From a virus: 64,000 bases of DNA. A program made the translations under genes and the position numbers. The DNA lies in the IMG/VR virus record IMGVR_UViG_3300010397_000047, positions 1-64,000 of that record; one strand, given 5' to 3'. Shown one piece after another: positions 1-8,925 of this stretch. How positions within the stretch are numbered: the first letter of the stretch is position 1; each line of letters begins with the position of its first letter. The notes beneath the pieces were generated by a model. The model had not been told where the DNA came from and did no database searches. It saw only the letters and a list, made by a program, of their open reading frames with translations.

Positions 1-263
1 CGGAGCGGGGCTACAACCCGGAACCGTAGGGACTCGTAGAATTGCTGGGCTATGAAGTTGTCGGCCCTCGTTATCGCGAACACTAACCTTATGTCTTTCG
101 GCAAGGAGTCGATTAGCCGGTTCACTAGCCAACGACCTTTCCCCTGCCTACGCTCGGAGTTAACTACGATGTCGTAGATTTCTACCGTCTTCCCGCTCCC
201 GATCCGGTAGGTGAGGTAATCGGTCTTACCGAACTCAATCTTTATTAGGTTCCCGTCGAGCAC
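1..263 (-). CDS. GNAT-like N-acetyltransferase, partial (C-terminus runs off left edge)
   Basis: Not in the ORF track (no stop in window). Own minus-strand translation: VLDGNLIKIEFGKTDYLTYRIGSGKTVEIYDIVVNSERRQGKGRWLVNRLIDSLPKDIRLVFAITRADNFIAQQFYESLRFRVVAPL. The stretch VVNSERRQGKGRWL fits GNAT motif A (Q/R-x-x-G-x-G/A). The GTG at 263 is preceded by AAAGGA; an alternative GTG lies at 317. Start uncertain. Confidence 0.4.
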   Translation of the reverse strand, partial: MLDGNLIKIEFGKTDYLTYRIGSGKTVEIYDIVVNSERRQGKGRWLVNRLIDSLPKDIRLVFAITRADNFIAQQFYESLRFRVVAPL

Positions 264-1068
264 GGCTACGGTCCTTTCGGTTCCGCCGTAGGACCGATAT
301 TGAGATATCGGCGTCACAGCGGGCTACGATGAGTTGGTGGACTAAGCTAGCCAAGTCCTTCGGAAGACACGCGCCTCCGAATCCGTAGAGACCGTCCGGG
401 CCGGGGACTTCGGTATGTTTAGGATTGATCCAGCCCCCAGCGAGGAGCATAGCTAAGACCCGCTCCCAGTTCAGTCCTAGGGCTTCGGAGAGAAGGTTTA
501 TCTCGTTGAAGAACGATATCTTAACCGCGCTAAAAGCGTTTTGAAATAGCTTCGCTGCTTCGACGTTGTCGGAAGTATCCACGTACAGGTCTACCGTAGG
601 CCAGCGGCTCGTAACTAGGTCCCAAAGGGCTACGGCAGCGGGGTTCAATTCTCCTTCCTTCGTAGCGACGTTCCCGACGAGGTTCCGCGTAGGATACCGC
701 GCGTCGAAAGCTGCCGAGCGGACGGTGAGGAACTCCGGCCAATAGGCTAGGTTAGAAAGGCTGAACTTCTTCGCGAGGCTCTTCGTGTAGCCGATAGGAA
801 CCGTCGAGCGCAATACAAACGAAGCCGCGTTAACCGGGGCTTCTAGGGCTTTCGCGAAGAAGGTATCTATGTACGACGTATCGGCCTCGTACCTCCGCTC
901 TACCTGCGGGGTAGGAAGGCATACAAAGATAAGGTCCGCCTTTAAGACCTCGTTAAGGTCGTTCTTCGACCGCTCCGGTACTACGTCGTACACTAGGGTT
1001 TCTAAGGGGGCGAAGGCGCTAAGGGTAGCTCCGCCTACGATTCCGTTCCCGACGATTCCTAGCTTCAC
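235..1068 (-). CDS. UDP-glucose/GDP-mannose dehydrogenase family protein, short form
   Basis: Rossmann N-terminus KLGIVGNGIVGGA. Catalytic-Cys motif FGGACLPKD (family consensus GGxCxxKD). Only 277 aa, so the C-terminal nucleotide-sugar binding domain is missing. GTG start with AGGAG upstream. Confidence 0.55.
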   Translation of the reverse strand: MKLGIVGNGIVGGATLSAFAPLETLVYDVVPERSKNDLNEVLKADLIFVCLPTPQVERRYEADTSYIDTFFAKALEAPVNAASFVLRSTVPIGYTKSLAKKFSLSNLAYWPEFLTVRSAAFDARYPTRNLVGNVATKEGELNPAAVALWDLVTSRWPTVDLYVDTSDNVEAAKLFQNAFSAVKISFFNEINLLSEALGLNWERVLAMLLAGGWINPKHTEVPGPDGLYGFGGACLPKDLASLVHQLIVARCDADISISVLRRNRKDRSRARREPNKD

Positions 1069-1069
1069 G

Positions 1070-1270
1070 TCACACTCCTAGTTCGTTTCTCCGGGCTATC
1101 TCAGCCTCCAGGACTCTCGATAGACGCTGAAGTAATCCTACCGTGCCTTCTAGCTGGTCGGCTACCCGCTGGAGCCTATTTATCTTTGCCTCCATAGCAG
1201 AGAAACGATTCTCTATCTCGCCTAACCGAACGTGGATACGGATCAAGTTTAGGTTCGTGTCCCCTGGCAT
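1070..1270 (-). CDS. small coiled-coil protein, unknown function
   Basis: 66-aa ORF co-oriented and tightly packed between two sugar genes, with heptad-like sequence. No recognisable domain. Confidence 0.25.
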   Translation of the reverse strand: MPGDTNLNLIRIHVRLGEIENRFSAMEAKINRLQRVADQLEGTVGLLQRLSRVLEAEIARRNELGV

Positions 1271-2301
1271 CGGAAGTGTCTCCCCATAAAAGCTGTTAGC
1301 GAATCGATATCGCTCTTACGGGTCTTATTCCACATCAATCCCTTTAGACGGTCCTTACCGGCTAGCCCTATCTTCCGATTATAACCGGGGTCTCGGAGGC
1401 GGGACAGGGCCTCCTTAATTTCGGCGAGGCAGTTTTCTACGTCCGAAGGGGAAAGCGGGTCGTGCGTCTCCCGGTCGAAGGCTAGGCAAGTCTCTCCCGG
1501 TACGAATAGCTCTTGCATCCGGTTCCGCCAGATTAACCTACGACTGACGATTAGAGGGCACCCGGCAGCTAGGGCCTCGTAGAGAGCGTAGCCCGGCGCG
1601 TCGCTACTCTTTAGATGCACCATAGCTATAGTCTTCGTAAGCTGGACCCGTACCTCCCCGTGCTTTATAAGACCGTCCGGGCTGCCGGCCCCGTGGCACC
1701 GTACCCCTAGCTTACGTACTCCCTCTACTAGGGCAGCGTACCCCCAGCCCGTTAGGTTATGGATTAGGCAGAGCGGATTGTGGAAGTTGCAAGTGGGCCG
1801 TTCCTCCGAATACTCCTCGAACCGGTAGAAGGGGGGCCACGTAGCGTAGGATTTCGTCATCCAGGGGCCTTCTTCCCGGTACCACAGGTTCGGGGTAAGG
1901 ACCGGGCAGGGAGGATTAATCTCGTTACCGCAGTCCTCCGATCCGCGTATGACGTGCTCCGGCCTACCGCCGTTAATGCGGTACCAAAGGGTCCGGGAGC
2001 GTAGGCTATCGTGCTCCCTCCAGAGCTTCGGCCCGTTTCGGTGCGCTTTCACGTCTACATAAATGAAGTCCCTATCGTTGAACTGATCTATCCCGGCTTC
2101 GGGGATCGGGAAGGGCTGCTCGTAGCCCCAGCCCCGGACGAGGCTAGAGATATCGAGGACGTTATCGCATCCCGCCGAGCGGAGGAGCCGCTTTAGCGCG
2201 TCGTTCGGAATGTAGCTCTTAATCCCGATAGCGGAGAACATATCAACTAGGCTCTCTAGCGGCCCGGTATCGGCGCATTGAATAATAGCGTTCGGGATCA
2301 T
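1249..2301 (-). CDS. GT-B fold glycosyltransferase (GT1/GT4-like)
   Basis: C-terminal signature APGYALYEALAAGCPLIVSRR...FVPGETCLAF resembles the E-x7-E / EAmA-G-PvI region of group-1 glycosyltransferases. Confidence 0.55.
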   Translation of the reverse strand: MIPNAIIQCADTGPLESLVDMFSAIGIKSYIPNDALKRLLRSAGCDNVLDISSLVRGWGYEQPFPIPEAGIDQFNDRDFIYVDVKAHRNGPKLWREHDSLRSRTLWYRINGGRPEHVIRGSEDCGNEINPPCPVLTPNLWYREEGPWMTKSYATWPPFYRFEEYSEERPTCNFHNPLCLIHNLTGWGYAALVEGVRKLGVRCHGAGSPDGLIKHGEVRVQLTKTIAMVHLKSSDAPGYALYEALAAGCPLIVSRRLIWRNRMQELFVPGETCLAFDRETHDPLSPSDVENCLAEIKEALSRLRDPGYNRKIGLAGKDRLKGLMWNKTRKSDIDSLTAFMGRHFRCQGTRT

Positions 2302-2309
2302 AGTCGCTC

Positions 2310-2804
2310 CTAGTAAACGTGAGCCTGCCTTCTGAATGCTTTAACGCAAGGCCGGCAATACCTAGACTTCTTCTGGGCCTTCGCTCCGCACCCGGCGCAA
2401 TACCCGCAAGGTAAGGCTCCGGCCCTAATAGCTGCCACTCTCTGCTCCGGGGTTCTCCCTTTCATAGCCCCTTTTAAGGGCTTATAAATCAGGAGCCGGA
2501 ACTGGGTCTGCGACTCCGCTAACGACCTCTTGTTTCCTTTCCTATCGAACTCTACTTTGTAATGATGGCTGTTACAAAGCGGTACGATTAGGTCTATTCT
2601 CTTCCCGGTTAGTACCTCTCTACCGTAACTAATGTGATGTAGGCACGTAGCTTCTTGCCCGCAAAACTTACACCTCGTACCGAACGCTATCCAGACCCGC
2701 TCCGAGATACTCTTCCATAAGTCGCTCTGTAGGTACTCCTCATAGCTCGCGAAGCCTAGTTCATTAAGGAGTAAGTTGCGTTCTTTGTACGTGTTACCCG
2801 CCAT
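2310..2804 (-). CDS. HNH-type endonuclease-like zinc protein
   Basis: CKFCGQEATCLHHISYG...VPLCNSHHYKVE (CxxC...HH...CxxHH) plus a C-terminal Cys-rich ribbon (CGYCAGCG...CRPC). Confidence 0.5.
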   Translation of the reverse strand: MAGNTYKERNLLLNELGFASYEEYLQSDLWKSISERVWIAFGTRCKFCGQEATCLHHISYGREVLTGKRIDLIVPLCNSHHYKVEFDRKGNKRSLAESQTQFRLLIYKPLKGAMKGRTPEQRVAAIRAGALPCGYCAGCGAKAQKKSRYCRPCVKAFRRQAHVY

Positions 2805-3071
2805 GACAAAAACTCGCCCGTGGTGCGCACCACCCCCTCCCTACCCCCTAGGGTAGGTAAGAAATCAGTGAAAGGTTCGCTTGTGTAAATAGCCTTTTTC
2901 GTTTCGGCGTTTTCGTTTGGACCGGGACGCGGGGTAATGGCAGGATCAACATCACGGAGGCTAAAAGCCCCACCTGCTCGGTGGCCCGGAAAATCACAAG
3001 GAGGCGAGGGGCGACCTTATAAGCCCCTCTCTTTCACGACTGTTCAGGTAGTCGAAGGGTCGGATTATACC

Positions 3072-4019
3072 CTACCCCCTAACCCGGTTTTCCCCTAGGA
3101 GAGAAAGCGCGTCGAAATCCTCTCCGGGGAAGGAGGTAGCTTTAGGGTGCGGTCGGTTCCTCATTACGCTAAGCTCTCCGAGGTGTTGCGTTAGCGACGG
3201 GTTGTGGACGTATTCCTTAATCCCCTCCTTCGCTAGGGCCGTTACGATCCCTCCGTCGATAGCCTTCCAGCCTCTATGCGCATCCAAAGGACGTTCGATC
3301 ATGTGCTTCGAGGAGAGGAGGGCGCGGAAGGAGAGCGAATCGAAGACGAGAGCTAAGGCCCCTCGACCGAATTGGTTGGATAAATACCAGCCGGTCTTAC
3401 CTGCGGGGGCTAACTCTTGATTCGACGGGAAGGTGTAGAGGTTAAGGTATCCCTTCTCCGGGTACGGCGTAGCCTCTAGGTAGGCGCGAAGGTTAGGGAC
3501 TGTCACGAAGTCGTCTTGAAAGATAGCGTATCTATCCGCGTTCGGCTCCCGGCAGAACAATTCAATCGCAGCTAGCACCCAGTTGCCTTGAGTACGGATC
3601 GTCGGGTAGCGAAAGGTGAGCTCGTAAGGGAACTTATCCCAAGAGGCATCGGGCTTAGCCCCGTCGATAAAGAGCCGGGGCCTATCGAACCCGGCCTTAG
3701 CTAGTGAGGCAAGGGTCTTCGGGAGTAAGTCGTCTTTCCGATCCGGGACCGTCGTAAGCCCATAAGCCCATTTCAAGCGGCTCGGAGAGGGTTTAATCGC
3801 CATGGCTTCCTCTACGGAATAGGCTAACAAAGGGCAGGCTACTACGCGGGCGTTCTCGTCCCGGTATCCGTTACAGCAGGCCATCCCGTCGATAGCCGTA
3901 ACAAGGGTGCATTCCCCGAATACCTTACAGCCGAAGACCTTTAGCCCCGTGTTGTTCTTACAGTTCGGACAGCGGACTAGCTCCCCGGTCTCCGGTAATA
4001 GGTGGATGCAATGCCTCAT
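3072..4019 (-). CDS. putative GT-A fold glycosyltransferase with N-terminal Cys-rich domain
   Basis: WAYGLTTVPDRKDDLLPKTLASLAKAGFDRPRLFIDG followed by AIFQDDFV (DxD-like), which is a GT2-like layout. N-terminus carries CPNCKN...C...C clusters. Confidence 0.4.
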   Translation of the reverse strand: MRHCIHLLPETGELVRCPNCKNNTGLKVFGCKVFGECTLVTAIDGMACCNGYRDENARVVACPLLAYSVEEAMAIKPSPSRLKWAYGLTTVPDRKDDLLPKTLASLAKAGFDRPRLFIDGAKPDASWDKFPYELTFRYPTIRTQGNWVLAAIELFCREPNADRYAIFQDDFVTVPNLRAYLEATPYPEKGYLNLYTFPSNQELAPAGKTGWYLSNQFGRGALALVFDSLSFRALLSSKHMIERPLDAHRGWKAIDGGIVTALAKEGIKEYVHNPSLTQHLGELSVMRNRPHPKATSFPGEDFDALSLLGENRVRG

Positions 4020-4693
4020 ATGACGGTAAAGTCAGCGCTAGCCCCGGCGTTGTAAAGTAAGGCTACCTGAGCCGCTGTTAGAGCTTCGTCGTAAATGTAG
4101 CAATCGTCTAGGAAGATAAGGCCGTCAGTGCTACCGAAGAAGGAGAAGTCACCGCCGTCCCCGCCAGTAGCGTTGTCGGCGTGGTCTAGGACTCCGTCAA
4201 CGTAGATCGACGATATACCGGAACTGTTGTCGAAGGTACATACGACGTGGTGCCAAGAATCGTCGTTGACCACGACGTGACCGGCTATAGGACCGGCTCC
4301 GGCGTTGAACTCGATTTCGCCGTTGTCGAGACCGTTTATTACGAACCCTCTACCAGCGGAGCCTTCGGTGATTATAGCCTGGATAGACGACGCTGTGGCC
4401 GTCTTGATCCATACCGAATAGGAGAAACTAGCAGCGCTATCGTTCGTTATCGGGCCGGGAGTCGCTGGCGGCCACGTGACAGAGTTGCCGGTCTTAGCGC
4501 ACGTACCCCTAACGCCCCCTACAAACGTAAGGCCGATGTCCGATAGCGGATGCCCGTTGCCGCTCGAATCTACGAGACCGCTTCCGTGCCCGTCGTCGTT
4601 AAAGTACCAGGCCGCGAGAGGGCGAACGCTCCTCCCGCGCGTGTGGCAAACCTGGGCCATCGGGGAGGCATGTATCTTGACTTCGAGGTTCAT
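4016..4693 (-). CDS. LamG/concanavalin-A-like lectin domain protein (fibre-associated)
   Basis: FSYSVWIKT...GFVINGLDNGEIEFNAG...DDSWHHVVCTFDNSSGISSIYVDGVL is a typical Laminin_G_3 pattern. Lies directly downstream of the fibre genes. Confidence 0.6.
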   Translation of the reverse strand: MNLEVKIHASPMAQVCHTRGRSVRPLAAWYFNDDGHGSGLVDSSGNGHPLSDIGLTFVGGVRGTCAKTGNSVTWPPATPGPITNDSAASFSYSVWIKTATASSIQAIITEGSAGRGFVINGLDNGEIEFNAGAGPIAGHVVVNDDSWHHVVCTFDNSSGISSIYVDGVLDHADNATGGDGGDFSFFGSTDGLIFLDDCYIYDEALTAAQVALLYNAGASADFTVI

Positions 4694-4699
4694 AGAGTC

Positions 4700-5014
4700 C
4701 TATTCCGTTTCCGCGTCCATATAAACCGTTCCGGTCACCCCCGCAGCGGCCAGAGTGATCGTCACGGCGGTGTTCGTAGGGAACTTTAGCTTCGAGGCGA
4801 AGGTCAGAATCCCCGGCCCCCCAGCGGTGATATAGTAGGTCATCGTATTAGACCCCCAGGTGATCGTCAGACTCCCGTTCGTCGGAGTATCGCTATAGCT
4901 CCAACTCACGGAGGTCAGGACCCACCGGGCGGTAGCCTGGGCTGCTAGCGTCCGGGTAGCTGCCGTGTTAGAGCTAGGGGCCTGGGTTGAGATCGGCGTG
5001 AAAGCGTTAGCCAT
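4700..5014 (-). CDS. small Thr/Ala-rich virion-associated protein, unknown function
   Basis: 104-aa ORF translationally coupled within the fibre cluster. No domain recognised. Confidence 0.3.
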   Translation of the reverse strand: MANAFTPISTQAPSSNTAATRTLAAQATARWVLTSVSWSYSDTPTNGSLTITWGSNTMTYYITAGGPGILTFASKLKFPTNTAVTITLAAAGVTGTVYMDAETE

Positions 5015-5556
5015 TACTTTTCTCCACGAAGCTCTTTCCGCTTCTGATTAAGTTGTTCAAGTTGGGCGTCAAGGGCCTGTAGCTCGGCTTCCGTCTGGGC
5101 CTGCTTCTTCGCGCGGAACTCCTCCGTGCCTTCAACCTCTTCGACCCGCGCCTTTAGCCGCTTGTTCTCGTTCTCAGCGGTCGTAGCCCGGTTAGTTTGC
5201 TCCGCAGTCCTTTGCATCTGTAGAGCTACGTCCGCTCTAGCTCTATCCCGCTCGTCCTTCAGTCGGTTGATCTGGTCGGAGAGGGAGAGGATATTTTGAT
5301 CCCGGCTTAGGACAGCGGCTACCGCCTGATCCCTCTCGGTAGCCGTCCGGCCTAGAATGTCTTGCGTGTCCTTTAGTTCGGCCTGGAGCGAGTCGAAGGC
5401 TGCTACCTTTTCGTCGTGGAGAGACGACAGCCCGTGTAGATCGTTCTCCGTAGCGGTCTTCGCCTCTTTAACTTGACGTAGCTCCTCCTCCTTCTCTGCC
5501 AAGGCGAGGGAGGCGGTTTCGAGTTCACTAGCGACTTTTTGTAGAGCGGGGTGCAT
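5014..5556 (-). CDS. coiled-coil protein (possible fibre assembly or fibre-associated)
   Basis: Long heptad-rich sequence. Start re-set to the ATG at 5556 (MHPALQKV), which has AAGGAG 6 nt upstream; the track ORF begins at 5610 and overlaps the fibre gene. Confidence 0.35.
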   Translation of the reverse strand: MHPALQKVASELETASLALAEKEEELRQVKEAKTATENDLHGLSSLHDEKVAAFDSLQAELKDTQDILGRTATERDQAVAAVLSRDQNILSLSDQINRLKDERDRARADVALQMQRTAEQTNRATTAENENKRLKARVEEVEGTEEFRAKKQAQTEAELQALDAQLEQLNQKRKELRGEK

Positions 5557-5567
5557 TAGGTTCTCCT

Positions 5568-8414
5568 TTATCGAATACGACGGGCCGTTATCCCGCCGAA
5601 GACTTCGCACTTGGTTCCTGCGTAGTTTGCGTTGACGACTAAATAGATAGTCGTGGTTCCGACCAGGCTATATCTCTTTCGAGTAAGAGTCGCTGAAGTT
5701 ATGTAATTGGCCCCAGCACTAGGCTCGAAGGCAGTATAGGCTTCCGATCCGTCGGAACCCGGACTAGTGGCTGATACATCGCTGAAATAACAAGCGGCTC
5801 CGAATACCGTTAGCTTGGTGAGATAGAAGCTGGCAATGGCCTCGACATCCCAGTCCCCGGCTTCCAAAGTTATGCTGACGACGTCCGTATCGGTAGATAC
5901 GACGACGCTTATTCGGCTAGGGCCGTCCAAGTAGTCAGAGACGAACTCGCCTAGGTCTCCAGCGTCCGCGTCGGAGCCGTCCGTCACGCCCGGCAATTTC
6001 TGAATGCCCGACCAATCGTTATTCTGGGCCAGGTTAATTCCGAGCGTGCTGCCGGTCAGAGTCAAAGTTCCATCAGTGGCCCCGGTGACGAATAAAGTCC
6101 AAGTGGTAGTTCCAGAGCCGTTAGTCGAGAGACCGTAGCCAGAGGTTCCCGCCGTAGTTGGCCAGGTTAGGGTCCAGGTTCCGGCAGCGTTAGCCGACTT
6201 GACTGTAACCGTTCCGCTAGTGCTCCCCTTGAATAGGATAGACCCGGTAGTTCCCCCGGCTGCTCCTACCGTTATCGTCGTCGGGAAGACCGGGGCCGTA
6301 GCGAGGGCTACTACCGTTCCGCTCCCGGTCGTCGTCATTTCCCCGACGACCCCGCCGTTGTTATAGAGAATCCGTCCGCTCGTTCCTCCGGTAATCGTCG
6401 TCGTACCTATCGTGATCCCCGCGCTTACGGAGAGCGTATGCGTAGCGTGATCGTAGCTAAGCCCGGTCCCGATAGTCATAAAGACTATGGCGTTATCGGT
6501 ATCGTCCCAGCCCCATAGCCGATGCGCTCCGGGGTCGGAGAGGTTCGCGTTAGTTCCTCCGTTCGCGAGGGAGACCTGCCCGCTAAGCCCGGACGTAAGG
6601 TAAACCGGAGAGGTAGCTAGCCCGTAGGCAGTCATCATCGTCGCTACGTCACCGGTCTGCCGGGCTACCGGGGCTGTAGTACCGGAGCCGTCCAGGAAGT
6701 AGATACCGGGGGTACCAGAGGAAGGGTGCCCGCCCCGAAGAAAGGATAGGCCCGCCGTTAGCTGGATCAAGCCGAAGTCTAACCAGGCCCTTCGAGTACC
6801 GGCAGCCGTGCTGTTAGTGTTCCACTCGGAGAGGAGGTAGCCGCAACTACGATAAGTATTGCCTGGGTCTTGGTTCTGGAAAATCCAATTCTGACCGAAG
6901 CGGTTCCCCGGCGTACCGGTCGAGCCGTGTTTGCTGAGGAAGATGGTAGAGCTAGCCGTCGTGACAGCGTCCGACCGCGTGAAGGACGTAGAACCCGACG
7001 TACCGGTATCGAACGTCGTTATAACTCCAGAGCCGTCGTCGCCCCTTAGTACGACTCCGAACGTAGAGAACTGAGCGATATCGTTAGCGGCTCCGCTGTA
7101 CTTACGGATTCTAGCGATAACCGAGGTGTCGGTATTCGAGAAGCCCTGAACGATTACGGCTTCCGTCGAGTCGTTCGGAGCCGTGAAGGTCTGAGTATTG
7201 GACCAACCATTCGCCGTAGAGAGCGTATCGAACGTCCATACGCCTGCCGTGACGCGCGGTACGCCGGTAGACCCGGAGGAGTTTACGCCCGTCCCTCCCG
7301 CAGCTGCTGAGACAATAGAGCTTCCTAGCGAGATTACGATACCACCCATAACGGAGTCGCCAGTAGCCGTAGTCCCAGTCACCCCTACGTGCGTCGTAGA
7401 AACCCCGTCGTAATGAATAATTGCGAAGGCTGGGGCTTGACCTCCTGGGCCGTCTCCTACTAACCCGAAGACTGTGCCGACATTATCAATCCCTGATCCG
7501 CCGTTGCCTGGGATAGTAAGGACCGCTCTACCGTCTATGTCGCTAGTCCCCGGAGCTACGCCGTCAGTAATTGTCCATTCGATAGACTGCCTGGGTAAGT
7601 CCGCACTGAAGCTAGAGCGAAGGTCCATTGTCCCTATTTGCTGAGTAGCTCCGCTCGCTACCATTTCGAAGAAGGTAGACCCCGCCGTAGAAGTCTCTGA
7701 AGTAATAGTCCCCTTAACCGTCTTGTGCCCTAGGAAGGACTGTGTTCCGGTATTGACTACCCCCCGCTTGCCTAGCCCGGAGCCGTCTGCGTCGGGTAGA
7801 TTAAACGTAACCGTAGAGACGCTGGCGGCTATATTAAAGTCGCTCCCGCTAGTCCCGACAGTAAACGTATAGTCAGGCCCCGTAGCCGTTCCGGTAGTTC
7901 CGTCGATTGATCCGTCAGGGATCGTAGGCGCGGGAACGTCGAACACTACAGTATGACCACTAGCTCCGACTGTAGCTATTCCACTACCCAAGAAAATGTA
8001 GTCGGGTCCGGTAGCTACTCCAGCGGAGGCGTCTGTAATCGAACCGTCGCTACCTCCTCCAGCCGATCCTAGAGCTTGCCAGGCCCCGAACTTATCCCGG
8101 CCTACGATAATGTACTCTCCTTCGGGTATCGCTGAAGAGTGCATGTTAAAGATCGGGAGAGAGAACCCGCAAGCCTCTGGCCCCTCCGTTGGGTCTATGA
8201 TCTGGTAGATATCGCAGAGGGCGGAGCCGGGCACTACCCCGTTCGCTGGTAGACCTCCAGCGGGGATTAAGGCGATATAAGTCTCCGGGGCCTGATCGAT
8301 ATGCTCTTCGGAGCGGGGACGACCGGACGGATTTTGAGATTGACTCTTAACCTTCGTTAGGAAGGTCTCCAGTATTCTCTTATCGTTCTCCGAGAGTACC
8401 ATCAAGGTCGGCAT
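5568..8414 (-). CDS. tail fibre / receptor-binding protein
   Basis: 948 aa, extremely Gly/Thr/Ser/Ala-rich with internal repeats (TGPDYIFLGSG / TGPDYTFTVG). Has a distinct C-terminal globular region and sits downstream of the tape measure and tail-tip genes. Confidence 0.7.
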   Translation of the reverse strand: MPTLMVLSENDKRILETFLTKVKSQSQNPSGRPRSEEHIDQAPETYIALIPAGGLPANGVVPGSALCDIYQIIDPTEGPEACGFSLPIFNMHSSAIPEGEYIIVGRDKFGAWQALGSAGGGSDGSITDASAGVATGPDYIFLGSGIATVGASGHTVVFDVPAPTIPDGSIDGTTGTATGPDYTFTVGTSGSDFNIAASVSTVTFNLPDADGSGLGKRGVVNTGTQSFLGHKTVKGTITSETSTAGSTFFEMVASGATQQIGTMDLRSSFSADLPRQSIEWTITDGVAPGTSDIDGRAVLTIPGNGGSGIDNVGTVFGLVGDGPGGQAPAFAIIHYDGVSTTHVGVTGTTATGDSVMGGIVISLGSSIVSAAAGGTGVNSSGSTGVPRVTAGVWTFDTLSTANGWSNTQTFTAPNDSTEAVIVQGFSNTDTSVIARIRKYSGAANDIAQFSTFGVVLRGDDGSGVITTFDTGTSGSTSFTRSDAVTTASSTIFLSKHGSTGTPGNRFGQNWIFQNQDPGNTYRSCGYLLSEWNTNSTAAGTRRAWLDFGLIQLTAGLSFLRGGHPSSGTPGIYFLDGSGTTAPVARQTGDVATMMTAYGLATSPVYLTSGLSGQVSLANGGTNANLSDPGAHRLWGWDDTDNAIVFMTIGTGLSYDHATHTLSVSAGITIGTTTITGGTSGRILYNNGGVVGEMTTTGSGTVVALATAPVFPTTITVGAAGGTTGSILFKGSTSGTVTVKSANAAGTWTLTWPTTAGTSGYGLSTNGSGTTTWTLFVTGATDGTLTLTGSTLGINLAQNNDWSGIQKLPGVTDGSDADAGDLGEFVSDYLDGPSRISVVVSTDTDVVSITLEAGDWDVEAIASFYLTKLTVFGAACYFSDVSATSPGSDGSEAYTAFEPSAGANYITSATLTRKRYSLVGTTTIYLVVNANYAGTKCEVFGGITARRIR

Positions 8415-8424
8415 AGTGTCGAAC

Positions 8425-8925
8425 CTATTTCGGAAGGATCGTTACGAAAGCCACGGCTTCCTTCGCGCGGCCTCTTACCCGGAAGTCCCCTAGAGGTACG
8501 AGCGGGTAGATGAAGCGGGACGAAGCTCCGGGCGGGAGGGATTCGAGAGCGAGAATCGTCTCACCGGTCTTTACCCCAATCTCGATAACGCGGGACTCTA
8601 CCTCCTCCCGCTGCGCCTTCGAGAGGGTACGGCTGAACTTAGGCTGCTCGTTTTGGATAAGTAGCAGGCTAGCCCCGTCGTCCTTAATCCAGCCCGCGTC
8701 GAGAGGAACCCAGTCCTCGGTAAGTCTCATTCTCCTAGGGCCGTATACTTGCTCGTCCCCCTTTAGCTCCTTGGAGAAAGAACCGTCCACGGACTTAGGC
8801 TGCTCCGTAGGGGACTGGTGATAGATCGTCTCGACGAGGACTAGCCTCGACCGGTCCAACCGGGGCGCGGGCATTGATATAGAGCCGGTCGTTGTCGTAG
8901 CCCGCTGATTAGTAGGAGTGTTCAT
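8425..8925 (-). CDS. hypothetical tail-module protein
   Basis: 166-aa ORF packed between the HNH gene and the fibre gene. No domain recognised. Confidence 0.3.
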   Translation of the reverse strand: MNTPTNQRATTTTGSISMPAPRLDRSRLVLVETIYHQSPTEQPKSVDGSFSKELKGDEQVYGPRRMRLTEDWVPLDAGWIKDDGASLLLIQNEQPKFSRTLSKAQREEVESRVIEIGVKTGETILALESLPPGASSRFIYPLVPLGDFRVRGRAKEAVAFVTILPK

